Below are positions 26,001-39,098 of a DNA stretch of 64,000 nucleotides, piece by piece. Made by a program: the position numbers and the translations under genes. Positions within the stretch are counted from its first letter, which is position 1. Every line of letters starts with the position of its first letter. The stretch covers positions 27,004,912-27,068,911 of the forward strand of contig NC_092675.1 in assembly GCF_964355755.1 (NCBI RefSeq), written 5' to 3'. Source of the stretch: Antedon mediterranea (Eukaryota; Animalia; Echinodermata). Below the pieces are notes generated by a model. It worked only from the letters and a program-made list of their open reading frames with translations, did no database searches and was not told where the DNA came from.

Positions 26001-29000
26001 GTGGGTAGTGAAAATTGAAAATTATCTTTCTATTTGAGAATTAGGACTGGTAAAGCTCTGTCTAGACTATCAAACAAGTTTGACAAAACAAGTGTGATGT
26101 GCTCAAATATTAGTTTCAACACAGACTAAGTATAATAGCGATTAGACCATGGAGTCTGGCCATGTTCAACAATATTCCATCTTCTTTTTTCTTTTCAGGG
26201 ACACATTAACGGATGTATTTGAAATAATTGATTTAGATTGCAATGGACTTCTCAGTCGAGATGAGTTTAGTTTGTTCCAGCTAAGAACAAGTGGTGAAGC
26301 AGTTGATGATGATGCTTGGGAAGTTGTTGAAGGTTTGTAAAAATAATTTAATATTTGGGACCATGTAAAAATTATTCTTACTGCGGTTGCTGCAGTAACT
26401 ACATTTTGCTTACTCTTTAACCTGTTTATACAATTATTTAGCAAGATTATTTATTGCAGTAACTGCCTTCTAATCTCTATATTGAAATAGACTATGATCA
26501 TAAGTTAATTGCAGTAAAATAATATACAGTAGTACTGTATTATAATATCCTTGATTTATATAGCGCCTAATGTTGTGAAACCTCTATACGCTGAACATTA
26601 TTACCACAGTCATTTTTTTTTGCTAACTTTTCTGGCTGTTTTATTTTATCGTTTTGATTTAGCTTTTCGCTATTTTTTTGTATTTCCATTGAGATTCAGC
26701 CACTGATACCCACATCATTGAGTAATTTGCCCTTGGATTTATATAAATATGTATACTGTAGCTACATATAACACAGTATATATTAACAATAACAATAAAA
26801 ATTATATACAAGTTTCAAATGTTGTTCTGTGAATAAATTTCTCTTGTTGGATTCCTGCTATCCAGTCTCATAGCCTTGTATGTGTACGTATATACACAGT
26901 ACTATCAAGAATAAGTCCCCACATTGTTTTCCACAAATGGAATGTGAATGATATGAAGTTAAGATTGGACCATTCCCTATATTCAATCAATAGTTAAAGC
27001 ATGGAATAACTAATACATGTATAAGTAATTTGTATTTTGTAATCTGAATCCACAATTTAATGATGTGTTTCACTGATAATAAAGGTAATTCTATTGAATA
27101 TAATATAAAGAAACAGGAAAACTTGCCAATTCATAGTTTAGAATGGTCCATGGGGTTATTATTATCAATGCTTTTATGAGGAAGAGGAATTAAAATTTAT
27201 AAATACGAAGACAATGAGTTTGTTTTAGTTCTAAAATGAATCAAGTGTTAGATAAACAAGGAATAGGAAACAATTAAGGCTTGTATAATGTGAATAATAT
27301 CCTTATTGTATCGCATTTACCATTTCTTACGAAATGTGCAATAAAAACACTGTACATTCCAGGAAATTTGTAAATAGAACATTATTAGCACAGTTCTATT
27401 GAATACAACACTAAAAAACCAACATATTGTTAATGAGTACTGGAGGTTACATTGTACTGCATGTATCATGCTGTGCCCAGTAAAAAAAAGGAGGGACCAT
27501 GTCAAAATAATTGTACTGCAGTAACTATATTTTACTCTTTACTCAGTTTTATTCAATTTTTTAACAAACATTTGTTGGTGAGGAGTTGGGGTAATCACAC
27601 TGTTTTTTACACAATGCCTTATATAAACCTGTACATTGGAACAAATAATGTTATTGTAGTAAATCAAACAATTAATCCAAAGTAAATATTATATTTGAAG
27701 TCTTCATAATCTTTGAAATATTTGACTGCAATCTACATAGCCAATCAACATTCATAATTCGATATTGTGGCATTGTTTTCACAGGGAACTCAAATGCTTT
27801 TATTGCGAAAGTAATGAGTTTAGTTTCGGTTTATAGTAAGCAATTAGGTAACACTAAATAATGATTGGAAAGTTGTTAATTAAAAAGGTATTGATATAGT
27901 TTCATATTACAATTTCTTATTTGTAATTTGCCTATTGTAAAACCTCTAAAACAAGCCCATGGGTGTCTGGTGAGCTTCTTTTCTAGATTGTTTTCTTTTC
28001 TATATTATGGGGTTTCTTTTCGATAAAGCTTGGTTCCCTTCCCACTATAATGCAATGCAACGATGTAAGCCGCAACGCAAGTGAATTGAGCAATCACAAG
28101 AAACCGTTCGAATGATCCATTGCTTGGATTGGTCTTGCGTTTCGTCTTACGTCCTTGCGTTGAATGATAGTGAGTGAGAACCAAACTTTTTTTAGATTTT
28201 ACCGTAGTTTACAATGATCACATAAGGTATTTTTTTTTTTTTTTTTTTTTTTAAGGAAGTATTATTAGAAGAAGGCAATGTAATACTATAGTTAGTTTCA
28301 GTTGAGAATAAGCTATAAAGTAACAATTTTATATTTCTGGATCACAAAGTTGTTAAAGTTAACAAAAATTGAACATATATTGTTGTATTAATGTGGCATT
28401 ACAAATCATTAAATAATATTTGTGTTGTAATGTCCATATCCTCTAAACAACAAATTGTGTACTTGTGTACACTGTAGCTTTTCTAAAAAGACTTCATAAA
28501 AATCATGGAACATGTCCGCTGTAAACCTAGGCTAAGTTCACAATGATTTACAGCATTGATTTAACAGTTAACGCATTATTTGTTATCCATTTTATATTTT
28601 GTAGAAAACTTTGAACTAAAGAAAGGCGAACTCACCAAAAAAGGTTTCATGGAGCTTAACCAGATGGAAGCAAATGACGAAGAGGGGGACACTGAAGACC
28701 TCTGGGTTACCCTTAACTCCATGGGGTTTGCTGATGACTTGAAACTGGATGAGGTACAGTATACCTGTTTTTTTTAAAGATGGTGTGCTTGTTTTCTTTA
28801 CCAATCGTTACCGATCGTCTTTGTAAATTGGCCTTTAAGCGCTTATTTTACTATTATTTATGGCAATATTTTACACACTGTATTAATCATGTTATTTTTT
28901 AGGCTTGCCCATATAGAATTGATATATACACTGAAAAATCGAGAGGTCGATTGAAAGTTCTCCAGCTTCAGATGGGAGGGCGGGCTTTAGATCGGGCCGT

Positions 29001-30517
29001 ATGTGAATCCGTCAAAGCCACAGAAGATGTACAATCAAGTAGTATAAGCCAAGATGTAACTGCATTTTACTACACAGGAGACAGTAGAGTTACTGTTGCT
29101 ATACAGAATCAAGTGAGTTAAATAATTGAACTACCTCGAAAAGAAGGCTTCTTTCTGTTTTAGTACTCTTGGATGGGCTTTTTAAAAAGATGGACTTCTT
29201 TTTGGGGGTTAATGTATTTTAAATGTTATGGAGTGTACCGGTAATTTTTTGTTATAGGACCCCAACGGAAGTAAACCGTAAGGTTTTATTGGGTCATCCT
29301 GAGCTTTGTTTTTTACTTTTAAGTTTATATTACAACCGTCCAATATTGCGAAAGTAATGAGTTCTGGTATCTGAATTAATGTTTCAATTGTCAAAAGAAT
29401 CTAGGTCCTTTTTGACCTCAAAAAAAGTTTTGGAGAATTTTCGAGTTTTCAACTCTTTACACAGGATATAATTTCGGATTACCTTAAATCTTTTCTCTTC
29501 ACGCTTAACTTTAAACACAGTTTATGATCTGCAATCAATAATAACTGGGTTTGTGCATCTAATTAAGATTAGTTGAAAGCCTCCCTAAGCTCTTCAATAT
29601 TGATATTTTACTGTAGTTTTATACACTATCTTACACAATTTTATCTATTAACAGTCCAACAGTCGTGCTGTAGTCAAGTTGGATTTTGGAAAAAGCCAAA
29701 ACTGTGTCAGTAACATCAATGATATGGAAAGGACAATGCAGATTCCACCAACATCAATGAAAGTAAGTTGTATTTATATTTACACATTGTTCGGTGGTTT
29801 ATATATATTTTATTGTAGTTTTTTGGACTTTGCCACTTTCATAACTTAAGGAAATTTATTAGCATTTTTTTTATAGAAACTTCTTTCTTTTTAATGTTTT
29901 AATCTCATAATTTATTTGTAAAGTGAAAGAAATGTTTTTTATCGTTAAATCTAATTTTGAAAGAAACAAATGTTTACTTGAATGAATGAATGAATGAATA
30001 TCCTTTTGAAATTCTCTGTCTTTCGGTTTAAAGAGAAAGTTTACTCATTATCAGATTTTTTAATAAGCATATGGTGAATAATACATCATTGTTATATCAA
30101 CCTAGCAAGGTACATTGTCTGCAAACAGAAAGTATTCCTTTATACGTGGACATTTATCTGTATTTTTACTGTACAAAATATAGACATATTTATTTTATGC
30201 TTAAAGTTCAACTTTATTTTATTTCAAACAATCATGGACTCCCAAATCATCATCATGCGACGTACGCAGTAAAATAGTACTTAAATTATAATGTACAGTA
30301 AAAACTATAAACTAAAAACAAAATAAGGAAGTAGTATGTAAGTTTATGTCTAATTAAGTGAGTGTAACTGTAACTTTTTTTTTAAATACTATAAAATACT
30401 GTATTATTAGCAACAATCTTTTTAACATTACTAATATTTTTATAGGTTGCACTTCATTTACTTCCAAAAGATGAAGAAGAGGATTGGACAATAAAATGTT
30501 ATGAGACCCTTAACTAG
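17072..30517 (+). CDS. EFCAB7: EF-hand calcium-binding domain-containing protein 7 (ciliary, EvC complex), 13 coding exons
   Basis: Exons 17072-17219, 17522-17587 (LHHAGRNPSQK), 17739-17884 (EF hand DVNGDGFI), 18400-18486, 18576-18720, 21901-22179 (SKGCFHFEENGSIISHQY), 22904-23001, 24992-25146 (YRLIPFTSGC), 26199-26332 (FEIIDLDCNGLLS..LRTSGE), 28605-28753 (ELTKKGFMELNQMEANDEEGDTEDLWVTLNSMG), 28903-29112, 29655-29762 and 30446-30517. All are GT-AG and in phase, and the motifs closely match vertebrate EFCAB7 as recalled. Confidence 0.93.
17978..18220. mobile_element. Degenerate TTAA-flanked MITE (Kolobok/piggyBac-like)
   Basis: ttaaagatgtat ... caatatatctttaa ends resemble the 36207-36758 element. 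Confidence 0.4.
18975..20150. repeat. 55-bp tandem repeat, ~21 copies, EFCAB7 intron 5
   Basis: Unit ggttttttacctcctattatgtaaacacacatccgcacgcacattgtatta(c/t)agt at 19081, 19136, 19191 ... 20071. Confidence 0.95.
20170..21900. repeat. 93-99-bp tandem repeat, ~18 copies, ending at the exon-6 acceptor
   Basis: Unit ttatgttcagagatggtactcccatc(atc)n acacacctggcctta(ata)atagtctgtac(c/t)tcatttatatacaatttactactgcattttt. Confidence 0.95.
22458..22616. mobile_element. MITE family 1 copy
   Basis: agctctgtctacactatcaaa ... tttgatagtgtagacagagct perfect TIR. Confidence 0.8.
23484..24880 (+). mobile_element. Probable non-autonomous Helentron-like element in an EFCAB7 intron
   Basis: 3' hairpin tagatggtacgcgagcgtaccatcta at ~24850-24875 and internal direct repeats (23625-23680 vs 24300-24350). 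The left boundary is uncertain. Confidence 0.3.
26054..26110. mobile_element. MITE family 1, truncated left half
   Basis: agctctgtctagactatcaaacaagtttgacaaaacaagtgtgatgtgctcaaat. Confidence 0.55.
28026..28190. mobile_element. MITE family 2 copy
   Basis: aagcttggttccc ... gagaaccaaactt termini with a cgcaacgcaa/ttgcgt internal inverted repeat. Confidence 0.6.
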
Positions 30518-30628
30518 AACTCTATACTATCAAATTTGTTAGACAAAAAGCTTTGCCCAATTATGGTAGTGATATGACATCATCGTGTCCATATATGGGC
30601 ACATCACATAAAGTGTAGACAGAGCTTA
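30518..30628. mobile_element. MITE family 1 copy immediately after the EFCAB7 stop codon
   Basis: tatggtagtgatatgacatcatcgtgtccatatatgggcacatcaca core and gtgtagacagagct end. Confidence 0.65.
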
Positions 30629-32037
30629 AGGTACATAGCAAAAGCAAAACAATCTTAGTGGTTGCCTACCAATCCCAGGGACATTGGTTCAAATCCTGTA
30701 ACAGTTCCATGATTTTTCTGAAGGCAAGGCCAATACAGCCAAGGCCAAGTACTTTGATGGTTGAAAAAAATGTAGTAAAGTTATATTTATTTTTAATTGT
30801 CTTATTGTTAAATTTTAATAATTTCCAAATATGAATGTGTGCTGTGTTATCTTTCTTTGCAACATACTTAAAACTCTTTGAGAAAAAAAATATACATATA
30901 CATTGTATAATAAAAATGTATTTAATGCAATAACAATTATATTTTACATTAATACAGCCAAAAGCATATGTTAGCGCTATTTCTGAAGAACCCCTCCCCA
31001 CCTTTTTTTGTGCATTATTTTTCATAGTTTACATTGAGCATTATTTTACTGTAAAATTACTACACCTTGAACAAAATAATAATTAAATTTTGCTTTCTAA
31101 TTATAATTGATGTAACCGAGATAAATGTAATATGATTTCTGTGATATTAAATGAATAGTATGATACCATTATTGGTTTTTATTTTTTATTTAATGGTTGC
31201 ATTTTGAATAATGTAGGCCTACAGTATTGACTTCCTGCATTACATGGAAATATTAATTGTACAATAATTTGCCTTTAATATAAATGTATTTTTTTAAGCT
31301 CGAACAGTTTTTAATGTTGATATAACATAGTAAATACATTTCCTCCTTTCAAATCTAAGATGGTTTGGAACACCAGGAAAACATAGGGACTTTCCCCAAC
31401 ATCTAGTTTATATATAGCTATTGTCTTTTTCCATGAAACGCTACAGTATGTGTGCCAACATGCTATCTTTTAATCGCAGTCTACAACAAACCTAGATATT
31501 CTCTTTTTATAGATTTTTTTTAATCTCTTGACATTTTAAACTAATTATCCAATTAGCAAAGTTATGGAATATTCTAGACGATGTGTTGCATAGCAAATTT
31601 CTACCTAGTTACAACCCATGTAGGCCTAGGCCCATAGCAAAATATATAAATTATTTCCTGCTTTAAAAAATTGGTTTATGAAAAGGTTTCCCGTTTGCGT
31701 GGGTAAAGTGCACAGGATCGGAACTATCGTATAGTCGTACTGTACTTAATAATCCGGAAACTAATACTTTTGATGACTTAAACAGACAAGTAAGAACATA
31801 CTAATCTTGTTGTGGCCGAATGCAGTATGAATAGATCTAAAATGTCCATTTCCTTTTCATTTTCATTTGTATAGATTTTAGTTTAGGAGCGTTTCCTATA
31901 CTTAATTTGAATTGATGTTAATTACTGTGAATTATAAATAATGTATCAATTTGATAAGCCAGTGATATAATTGAATATCTTCTTTTCGTAACTATTTGTA
32001 AAAGCGTAATATTAATACGGTCATTTTTTGTAAACGT

Positions 32038-35000
32038 TTATTTATTACGTTGAAGCCTATCATAAGTAGTATCTTCTGGTGACGTATTTATCGATGTGTC
32101 CACGTAAGAGTACATGTCGTCATTTTGTGGTGACGTATCTATGTCCAGCTTTCCATATTCATTGCCGAAGTCATTATTCTGGGCTTCTTCATTGACCGCA
32201 CTGTAAATCTCACCATCGGGTTTTTCGTCAGTGTTTGTACCTGTTGTCGACTGCATGTTGGTAGAATTGGCATAGTAGGCTTCTGCTTTGTTTTCATATG
32301 GTATGTTTTCGTTGTCATTCCCTACCCTGTATGACTGCATGTCGGCAGCATTTATACTATCGTAAAATTCACCACCATTCTTAATTGAAAGAAATTCTGT
32401 GTTTCCATACGTTACGTCAGCATCTGTTTCTGTATCCGGTACCATGTCCGAAGCATTTAACGAATCGTAGGCTTCGCCGGAATCTTTGTGTTTCTTCTTA
32501 TTTGGTACGGCATACAAATTTGGCGGTACGGCATACACATTTGACGCCACGTCGTTTTGGTTTGCGGGTGGTGACATGGCTGCGTTCTCCGTACACTCGC
32601 CGGAATGTGTGTCAATAAGTACGCCATTAGAATATGAAACTCGGCCCCCTATTGAATAGAAGAGAACAAAACGTATACAATACTTCAAACTTGAAGGAAA
32701 CAATTTTAATAGATCTGGTATTAGACTAAGACTCCCTAAAATCAATGTATGTAGAACACGGAAGTCCTTTGTTGCAAATAGCATTAATATGTACAATTGT
32801 AACGTTCGTCGTAAATATTTGTTGTATTTTTTAAATTTAAATTTTAACAGTATTTTACAGAGCCTTTGGCGCTTTTAATAGTTTTTAAACAGTATTTTAA
32901 CATTTTAATAGTATTTTAACATTGCCATATGCAATTTTATATATTTTTGCTTTGTTGTTTTATTGTCTTAACTATGCCAAGCAAAACAAATTTCCGTTTT
33001 AAAGTGGACCAATAAAATGTCTTAAATCTTGAACAAATTATACAGATGGCGATCACATAGGTGGATTTAAACGAGAAGCCGAAATGTCTCCGGTTCTCAA
33101 CCAAGAAGAAAGGGATTGTTTGGGTGACATTCATAAATCCGCCGCTGGGGATTTTTTTTTTAAAGTTAATTGTTCTTGAATCTTTGAGATTTTTGTACTC
33201 GTAATTAGTTTGATAAAAGAATCAAAAAATGAAACCGAACACATTATTTAACCGCGTTTTAAAGAGGCACGTCAATTTAAAGTAACTTTTCTGATGGTTT
33301 CATAAGTGTACATGCGGCGATAGATTTTACCGTATCCTGTGTAGGCCCTACCAAAATGTACGTACCTTTGGCATAATTGCTATTTGAAGTATTTCGCTTT
33401 TTTTTTTTCCGTCGAATTAGAAATAAAGCAATGATTATTACCAGGATTATAACAACCAACGGTACACAAATAATAACCAATAAATCATCGCTAGCCTGTT
33501 TATTTCCGGAGGTAAAATTTGAATTTGGTGAAGACATATTCGTTGATGAAATCGTTTTGTCTGTGTTGATTGGGTGTGAATTTTCAGACGTCGACATTTC
33601 TGGTTGAGTATTGAACAAAGATGTTGTTGATACTGATCTGGGAGTCGATGTTGTCGGCACTTGGCATATTTTCGTTTTGTCTGTAAAAAGTTATAATTAT
33701 CTGAATTTTTAATTAAATTGATATAACAATATATAATTACAGAAAAATGGAGAGGTTGCTACTAATTAACAGTCTGAAGCCTAAATAAAAAACACAATTT
33801 TAAATTAAATTTAGATGTAATTACGAGTGGAATAATTTGTTATCAATTTTGCAGTAAGAAGGTGGACCTTTAAAATATCGCCGTTGCTAAAGATACGGTA
33901 CCGTATCCATGCTTTTAAAAACTAAAGATACGGTAAATATAGAGGGCGCTTCCGTTTGCTAAAAGTACGGTATAAAATTGCATTCCTAAAACTCGTACCT
34001 AAATATAAAACTCATTCCTAAATATAAAACTCGTTCCTAAATATTAAACTCCTTCCTAAATATTAAAAACCTAACCCTCTAAATAATCTCTCTTAAATTA
34101 AAAACTAAAAAAAAAAATAAAAAAAAGACGTCAAGAAGAGTATCGAACCCCCTACACCTTAAGCCAAAGCCTCATCACATGCCCACAAGGCTACACAGCC
34201 GGCTTACAGTAACCCAATGCAATAACCTATTTGATTAACATCCACATTACATAGCGCCCTCTATAATTACCGTACCTTTAGTTTTTAAAAGTATGGATAC
34301 GGTACCGTATCTTTAGACATAACGTTAAAATATATGTTCCTAATAATTCAGGAAAATGTAAATATTGAATATCAGCGGGTATGAGAGGTTATGAGACCAT
34401 ATTTTATTTGTACATCCTCCCATTAAGTAACAACTGTATGCTACTCTGGTCGTGAACATATGTCAGAAACGTTGCTTTTTCTCACCAGTAGATTCACAGA
34501 TAATGCTGTTTACCCTAACAGTTGTTGAGCATTCGATGATGTCACTAGTTACGGTATTCGATAATCCATATCTATCATGCACATTGATTATTTTACATCC
34601 CATGTTCTGCACATGGACATAAAATCGATTTTTATTCCCCACACTAAGAACATGTAAAACATTTTCTGTTAATTGATTGTATTCCTCAAGGCTATTTATG
34701 ACAGTTATGTTCCCGCCAACCAATTCACATTTCCGTTGAGCATCATCACACGATCTAGGTTTATTGTCCACTTTTATATACTTATAGCAGTTGGGGTGGC
34801 TGTATACATTGTCATCTACCAACAAAAAGTGGAAAATGTAATGACAATCACAAAATTAAAAAACCTATGCAAAACAAATGTCATTGTTTATTTTGATAAT
34901 GTTATGAAAAACTAAATCAATACATATATAACGTATTTTTTCATTATGTATAGGCTAATGCTATTAACACAGTATTGTAGGCCTGCATACCTGCACCATG

Positions 35001-35935
35001 CGTTTCTCCTTTCGGGTCTCTGTATTTCCATTCTCCATCTTTAGAGTATATCAGGTAGCAATTATTCACACCTGAACAATCAAAACCACTATAACAAAAC
35101 CAAACATACGTAACGTAACATTGAATAAGTGATGCATTTAAATTTAAACCTTGGTACTACAAGTAACGATTAATAGCTATTCGATTATCTTAATTTATAC
35201 AATATATACATATCAACGCATTTTATTTGACAGAACATTAAACTGCATAACTTCTGATCTACAAGTGAATTAGGCGAATACGGTGTATTAACGTAATTGA
35301 ATAAGCGTTAATATTTTCAAATGTTATATTTTTAGCGCAAATTTATAGAATGTTAAATGTATGGAATGCAATTGCCCATAAAACACATTCATTTCTAAAA
35401 CTGTTGTTGTGTTCTTATTTTTTATTTTATTATTTCTTTCCTCCTATTCCTCCTCTATATTCAATAGACAACTCCTTTTTTAGTTGTGTTTGATTTCGAA
35501 ATGTCGTATTGATACGGTACTTGTATGTATTTACTTTTTCCTCCATGAGTGTAGGCCTACTTACATTTCCTAACAATTGTATAAATATAATAAAAATAGT
35601 ACAATAATAACATCAAAAAATTTGAAATTGATGGTTCAGTTGAATCCGAAAACGATCACACTTATAGAACAACAGTTTTGAATTGTTTCTGATGTTGTTC
35701 TAAGGTTTGTTTCCCTAACCTAACACCTAGATATGACTCCTAGACTGCAAACTATAACACAGTGTTGCTCAGTACTTAGGCCTACATTTCTTCACTGATT
35801 CCGCTCTATTCGTGACAATGGCCTACATTATGTTAATACTTACTTAGGACATCTAGTTCCGGATATTCCCAATGTTAACAAGCATATTATTATTACCCCC
35901 GAGACACATTTCGGCCATTGTATAAACCTGTGCAT
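32038..35935 (-). CDS. Receptor A: type-I membrane protein with C-type-lectin-like domain, S/T stalk, TM and long tyrosine-rich cytoplasmic tail
   Basis: Exons 35844-35935 (MHRFIQWPKCVSGVIIICLLTLGISGTRCP), 34991-35088 (GFDCSGVNNCYLIY..GEWKY), 34486-34815 (CYKY..SCDDAQRKC..GGNITVINSLEEY..IICEST), 33366-33680 (stalk, TM LLVIICVPLVVIILVIIIALFLI, RRKKKKR) and 32038-32648 (tail). Phases 2,1,1,1 are consistent. Confidence 0.8.
33879..34324. mobile_element. Non-autonomous TIR element with 9-bp TSD (Mutator-like MITE) in a receptor A intron
   Basis: ~70-bp TIRs (ctaaagatacggtaccgtatccat..agagggcgct / agcgccctct..atggatacggtaccgtatctttag). TSD ttaaaatat at 33870-33878 and 34325-34333. Internal 20-bp tandem repeats. 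Confidence 0.8.
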
Positions 35936-36206
35936 ATTTAGGCCTACTGCTTCGTGCTCTTGTTTTTCATGGTATGGAACGACACGGAAGTTACTGCTTA
36001 ATTATAGGCCTACCACAAAAGTGAAATTTTAAGATTAGTAGGCCTATGTCCTTGTTTTGATATTAAATTACACGGATACATTTATGAATAGAAAAGTTGT
36101 TTTACAGACATTGTTCCGTGTTAAACGCAATATTAATTATTTCCAGTTTTCGCGCCACAAAGAGATCCTATCTAAGAATGGTTAATGGATTTTCTGTCGT
36201 ACTTTT

Positions 36207-36758
36207 AGATGTATTGTCCCTTTGACTAATTCCAAAAAAATAAAAAATAACAGATTTCAAAAAAAGGTGGGTCATTTTGAAGTATCATAACAGTTATTAA
36301 CTATCACCAAAAATTTGTTTAAAAAAAAATCATTTAACTGAAATACAGACGTTTTTTTGTTAAAAAAATAACATTGACTTCCAGTCAAAGTTTTCAATCA
36401 AAACATATCCCATAATGAAACGCGCTTGTTTGGCTACTCTGTATGCATAATCATAAAACTTCCTCACGATCTGTGTAAAAATACCTTCTCAACCGTGACG
36501 AGTTGTAAACAATCCTAATTAGCATATGCATAATGCGTAGTACTCGTGGTTTGAAATCTTTGTTTACTTTTGCTCGCGACGATTTTCCAGACGAAATGTA
36601 ATCGGCAAATCAATGTACCTGTTAATTACGTAAACTTGTTGTTTTTGGCTCGAATTTTCGAATTAAAGTGAATAACTTTAATATTACTTGGATATGGCCA
36701 ATTTAAATTTAGAATATTTTGACCTTCATTTTTTTGTGTTTCAAGGGACAATACATCT
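36207..36758. mobile_element. Non-autonomous TIR element at a TTAA site (Kolobok-like MITE)
   Basis: TIR agatgtattgtccct..tga / tcaagggacaatacatct followed by ttaa. The paralogous empty site acttttag|ttaaacaaatc is at ~50371. Confidence 0.75.
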
Positions 36759-38584
36759 TTAAACAAATCATGGTATATATTCTTAAATCGCCATGCATGA
36801 TTTTATAAAATTTACTGAATCATGTTTTTAGTAGGAATTCAAACATTGAAGGTCATGGATTCGCGTCCCATTACGTGCAAATATTTAAAAGTACAATCAC
36901 GTTTAGCATTAAACATCTTTCACTAAAGAGGTAGGCCTACGTGTCACTAGCTAAAAGTTCATTCTTATACTTACTTGTAATACATCATAAATGTATTAAT
37001 TTCCAAATAGAAATAAAAACAACCTTCAATGACGAGCTAAGATAAATATTATACATAATAAATTTGTCAAAGAATATTGTATTACTCAACCAAATGCACT
37101 GTATAGTTATTGATATAAGGTTTAACTATTCCTCATAATAAACATGGTAAAAATGAAGTGATTTAGCGAGTTTTTCTAAAGAATACATTTCCATCCATTT
37201 CTTCCGTACCAGTTTGTATTTTACACTAGGTATTGCACTAAAATGCTATCTATAATTTCCAAATCTATGGATGAATAAAGCGATGTCTATGTCTATGTCT
37301 ATCAAATCTTAAAAAGTGTAACCATAGTTATTCAGCTTTTGAATGTTAGTTTATGCAAGTTAGATAAGTGTAAATAAATTCATGGTATTAAATAATGATG
37401 CTACAAATAATCATGCTACAACATAGTCATGCTACAACATAGTCATGCTACAACATAATGGATTTTGATTTTTTTTAATGGCGCATTTCGAGTGTACACA
37501 TAATAACACATTAACTTCGAATGGCATGTAATGCGGCTAAGCCAAGTAGTTTAATGTTGATTTAACATTTCCTTGTATTATCACTAAGATCGTTGGAAGG
37601 CAAACAACATAGGGATATTCCCTACAACTATTTATAGAATGGACACTGACAGTAGTTTGTTTAAACTAATTCTTCATTACTAGTTAGGCCTACCAGTATA
37701 ATCAATATCACTCAATAATCTTTTATTTCAGCATTTAACACCATAGAAATACATATTAATATACATAAATATTTTATAGCATAAAAAAACATATAAAGTC
37801 ATATAAAGATACAGACATAATTATACAAAAGTAAAATTCCAAGTATTAGAAATATTATACTCTCAGTATCATCATCCATGTAATATAGCGTAGCAAAATG
37901 ATGTTTAGTCGCCACACCTAGACAAATGATATACAAATAAAAGCTAATCAGAACTGTTTTATACAAAATGTTAACGACGGGTTAAAGTGCAATAGCTAAG
38001 ATCTTCATCTATATTTACTGATAATATGGAAACGCGATTTCCAGACAAGGAAAAACGTTATGTAGGCAATAGAAAAGGTTTTCAATTAAAATCTCCATCA
38101 TAGTGTGCTTTGCGTAGTTTAGGAATGTTCCATTGTCTACTTCTAATATTAGGGCGTGGGGTGGGAAAGAGTTGGGGGGGGGGGGCTGTAGGTGGTGTAT
38201 GCAATGGTGTATGCCGCTTCTGACAAGCAAAACAAAAGTCACCCCTTTTGCTGTTACAACAGTTTAAGAAGAAGGGACGACAACACCAGTTGTGCAAATT
38301 AAATTAAAAATATTCCAATAATTAGCCAATTAGTCCAATCTGTTCCATATTTTTTTGTTTTTATTATTATTAATAATAGTGTTATTATTATTATTATTAT
38401 TTTGTATTAAGGAAACATAGCACTGCTTACTTACTTAGCTGTGTGCGTTTAGACGAACTCCAATGTTTTGCTATTGGTCTAAAAGTAAAATTTGTAAGTA
38501 CAGGTTTATGGTTGGTTCCGGGGTTTTAAATTTGCATTGGCCAGTACAAAATCAGATTAGTTGCTATTTTTAATTCTGAAAGTT

Positions 38585-38690
38585 ACAAGGTCATATACAT
38601 TGGCTGGCCCAGTCGCGCGCGCAAATTTGAGTTAGTGTTTACCTACCGACCGACCGACCGACCGACATAGTGAGCTATAGAGTCGCGTTT
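38585..38690 (+). mobile_element. DINE-1/Helentron-associated-like short element
   Basis: acaaggtcatatac start, (ccga)n microsatellite and tatagagtcgcg end. Copies at 44958, 51977 and 58086. Confidence 0.5.
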
Positions 38691-39098
38691 GATCTTTTCT
38701 CTTTTTTTAGTGTAAGATACAATTTCCTGTCATCAAGTACAGTTTCATTTGTTCATTCTGCTTCCAGCCCCGGAAATTTCTAAACATAGTTCCACCATAA
38801 ACCAACATAGTTCCACCTCCCTAAGATATGCACCCATACTCGTATCAGTCTATGCTACTACTAATCCTTGCTGCTATATCTTTGGTTTAATTACGTTGTG
38901 TATTTACATATCAAAATAACATCATTGTTTTTATGATTTGGATTGATCTTAATTATTATATACTGTATCTTAAAAATTAGATGAAACTGATCAATCTCAT
39001 AAATAAATTAAGCAAGTAATTTATGGAATATCTTCTTTTGAAGTAAAATATTTGAACATGTTTAAAAGAGTACAGTCAGTTACTATGTTACAAGTTTA

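Noticed and set aside
35565-35572. Conserved tag|gaaat|gtaag 5-nt micro-exon candidate in genes A and C (also ~49630)
   Set aside because: Exon 1 and exon 2 join in phase 2 without it, inclusion with the main acceptor would frameshift, and it is not evident in B or D.
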